DNA from: Promethearchaeia archaeon | GTDB lineage: Archaea; Asgardarchaeota; Lokiarchaeia; Sigyniarchaeales; SOKP01 | Reading direction: 5' to 3' | Length of the DNA stretch: 60,416 bases | Assembly (NCBI GenBank): GCA_046483985.1 | Contig: JAWOCD010000102.1 | Span: 1-60,416, forward strand | Shown here: piece after piece, positions 59,017 to 60,416 of the stretch | Layout of the letters: each line of letters begins with the position of its first letter | Numbering within the stretch: position 1 is the first letter of the stretch | Notes under the pieces: model-generated | What the model was told of the DNA's origin: nothing | The model's database searches: none | Seen by the model: the letters and a program-made list of their open reading frames with translations, nothing else | Translations under genes and position numbers: made by a program

Positions 59017-59298
59017 ATGAAGAAAAAAGTAGTAAAATTACTGTTATTGATCTTGCATTGGATTATTATTCTTAATTTTGCCTTCGAGATCTTCTATGGC
59101 GCCTATCAGGTGTTCTTTGCCCTAGCAACTGAAACCACGGGGGGTGCATTATTCGGGAGGGCGACAGATATTTCTTATGAGCTGATGGTCACCCGAAGAT
59201 TGTATGCAATTGAGACATGGATTGCTATCGCTGGCTTAGCAATTTATTTGGCAATTACAGAAATTAGACCGCGCTTGAAAGAACTCGAAGAAAAATAA
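59017..59298 (+). CDS. Small two-TM membrane protein
   Basis: Two hydrophobic helices; RRLYAIETWIA..GLAIYLAITEI; probable ATG at 59017. Confidence 0.7.
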   Translation: MKKKVVKLLLLILHWIIILNFAFEIFYGAYQVFFALATETTGGALFGRATDISYELMVTRRLYAIETWIAIAGLAIYLAITEIRPRLKELEEK

Positions 59299-59320
59299 TT
59301 TTAATTCTATGAAAAAGCGA

Positions 59321-59941
59321 TTAAAGAAATGGAATTTCAATTAGATCAAATAGGAAAGTAAACAGTTCAATCCAGAACGGATACATAAATCCTAAGTACA
59401 GAAGTGCAAATACAGCTCCACTGATAATTCCTGCAATAACATCACTGGGGTAATGCATCCCTAATATTAATCGACTCATCCCCATTAAGAGCCCCATTGC
59501 TAAAAAGAGGATCAATAAAAAATGACTTTCAAAATAAAATGAAAATAATAGACCGTAAAAGAGAAAGAAGGTGGAATGCCCGGACGGAAAAGACCGGCTT
59601 TCTCGAATAAAATCATCATTCTTTTTCACTCCGTGTTCTTTTAGTTTACGATAGGGGCGTCTTCGGTTTATAAACCCGTAGCGTAAGATAAGAAACAGCA
59701 CAATTGACTGGCAATAGCCTCCGAAAAACAGAAAGAACAAGAAATAATTTCCTTGCATTTTATTGAGAATGAAAATTATAATTCCGATCGCCAGCCAGAA
59801 AATCGCATTCCCCATTAATGAATACACCTTTGCCAAGGGACGCATTTTCTTCGCAGTTTCGTCTTGATATATTTTCAAGAACCAATGTATGTCCCACTGC
59901 TCGATCTTATCTAAGAGTCTCGGTGAATTTTTTTCATTCAT
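59321..59941 (-). CDS. PAP2-family phosphatase
   Basis: RRRP, SFPSGH, SRLILGMHYPSDV. Confidence 0.92.
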   Translation of the reverse strand: MNEKNSPRLLDKIEQWDIHWFLKIYQDETAKKMRPLAKVYSLMGNAIFWLAIGIIIFILNKMQGNYFLFFLFFGGYCQSIVLFLILRYGFINRRRPYRKLKEHGVKKNDDFIRESRSFPSGHSTFFLFYGLLFSFYFESHFLLILFLAMGLLMGMSRLILGMHYPSDVIAGIISGAVFALLYLGFMYPFWIELFTFLFDLIEIPFL

Positions 59942-59968
59942 AACTTTATTTACAGAATGTAGAGAAAA

Positions 59969-60416
59969 TTGAAGTCTCCCCGCCCTAAAGGACGGAGATT
60001 CCTACGAGTCCACTAAGCGTTAGCTGGTGGGCATATCTTAGGGCTGTGTGTCGTAGAAAATCCATTCCATTGCTTTAGAAAGGATTCCTCCTTCAAAGAG
60101 GGTTGATGCGATAGGTCATCAGATGTGAGAAACTTTACCATAATATTAACAGCGGAATTTAAGTCTCTATCCATCTTATGACCACATTCACAACGAATAT
60201 CACGCTCGGACAAATCAAGTTTCGGCCTTCTTCCACATTTTGCACAAGTCCGTGTGGTATAAGACTCGTCAATTCTTATTACTCTTTTACCTATTTTTTC
60301 TGCCTTATAGGTTAAGAATTGGACAAATCTCCCCAATGAACCCGTGTTTTGTAGTGAGTGGTTAAGTGTTTTGTTGGCTTTGTTTTGTCTGGGTGATTTT
60401 GTAGTTTTTTTCTTCC
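59969..60416 (-). mobile_element. IS200/IS605-family element, right part (tnpB 3' end, omegaRNA region, right end); continues beyond the window
   Basis: Right-end hairpin (CTCCGTCC-TTTA-GGGCGGGG) ending TTCAA on the - strand; tnpB frame open to the window edge. Confidence 0.9.
60013..60416 (-). CDS. tnpB: TnpB RNA-guided nuclease, C-terminal part (5'-partial)
   Basis: LTYKAE..G, IDESYTT.TCAKCG, CECG, DRDLNSAVNI (zinc finger plus RuvC-III). Confidence 0.9.
   Translation of the reverse strand, partial: KKKTTKSPRQNKANKTLNHSLQNTGSLGRFVQFLTYKAEKIGKRVIRIDESYTTRTCAKCGRRPKLDLSERDIRCECGHKMDRDLNSAVNIMVKFLTSDDLSHQPSLKEESFLKQWNGFSTTHSPKICPPANA

Overview
AT-rich, gene-dense archaeal window whose gene content points to an Asgard archaeon, most likely Lokiarchaeia (inferred from protein families, not from a marker gene). 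It carries four small-GTPase genes, longin/roadblock-like domains, a JAMM isopeptidase, a UBC-fold/RING protein, LRR proteins, an archaeosortase, stand-alone MtrH, PAC2 and Nre. About 50 CDS are supported. I found no tRNA, rRNA or canonical CRISPR array. Highlights: (1) a translationally coupled pair of lysine 2,3-aminomutase (ablA) and a fusion of a PurD-like ATP-grasp ligase with altered substrate motifs and an EctA-type acetyltransferase, a candidate undescribed beta-lysine osmolyte/dipeptide pathway; (2) a FANCL-like protein (four E2-like folds plus C4HC3 RING) directly behind a UvrD helicase; (3) a MoxR AAA/vWA pair that appears joined by a -1 frameshift site (G_GAT_TTT); (4) many dispersed IS200/IS605 (TnpB) end and omegaRNA remnants, several at gene 3' ends and one forming a repeat-spacer-repeat unit; (5) unusual small-GTPase architectures. 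All family calls come from motif reading; no database search was run.
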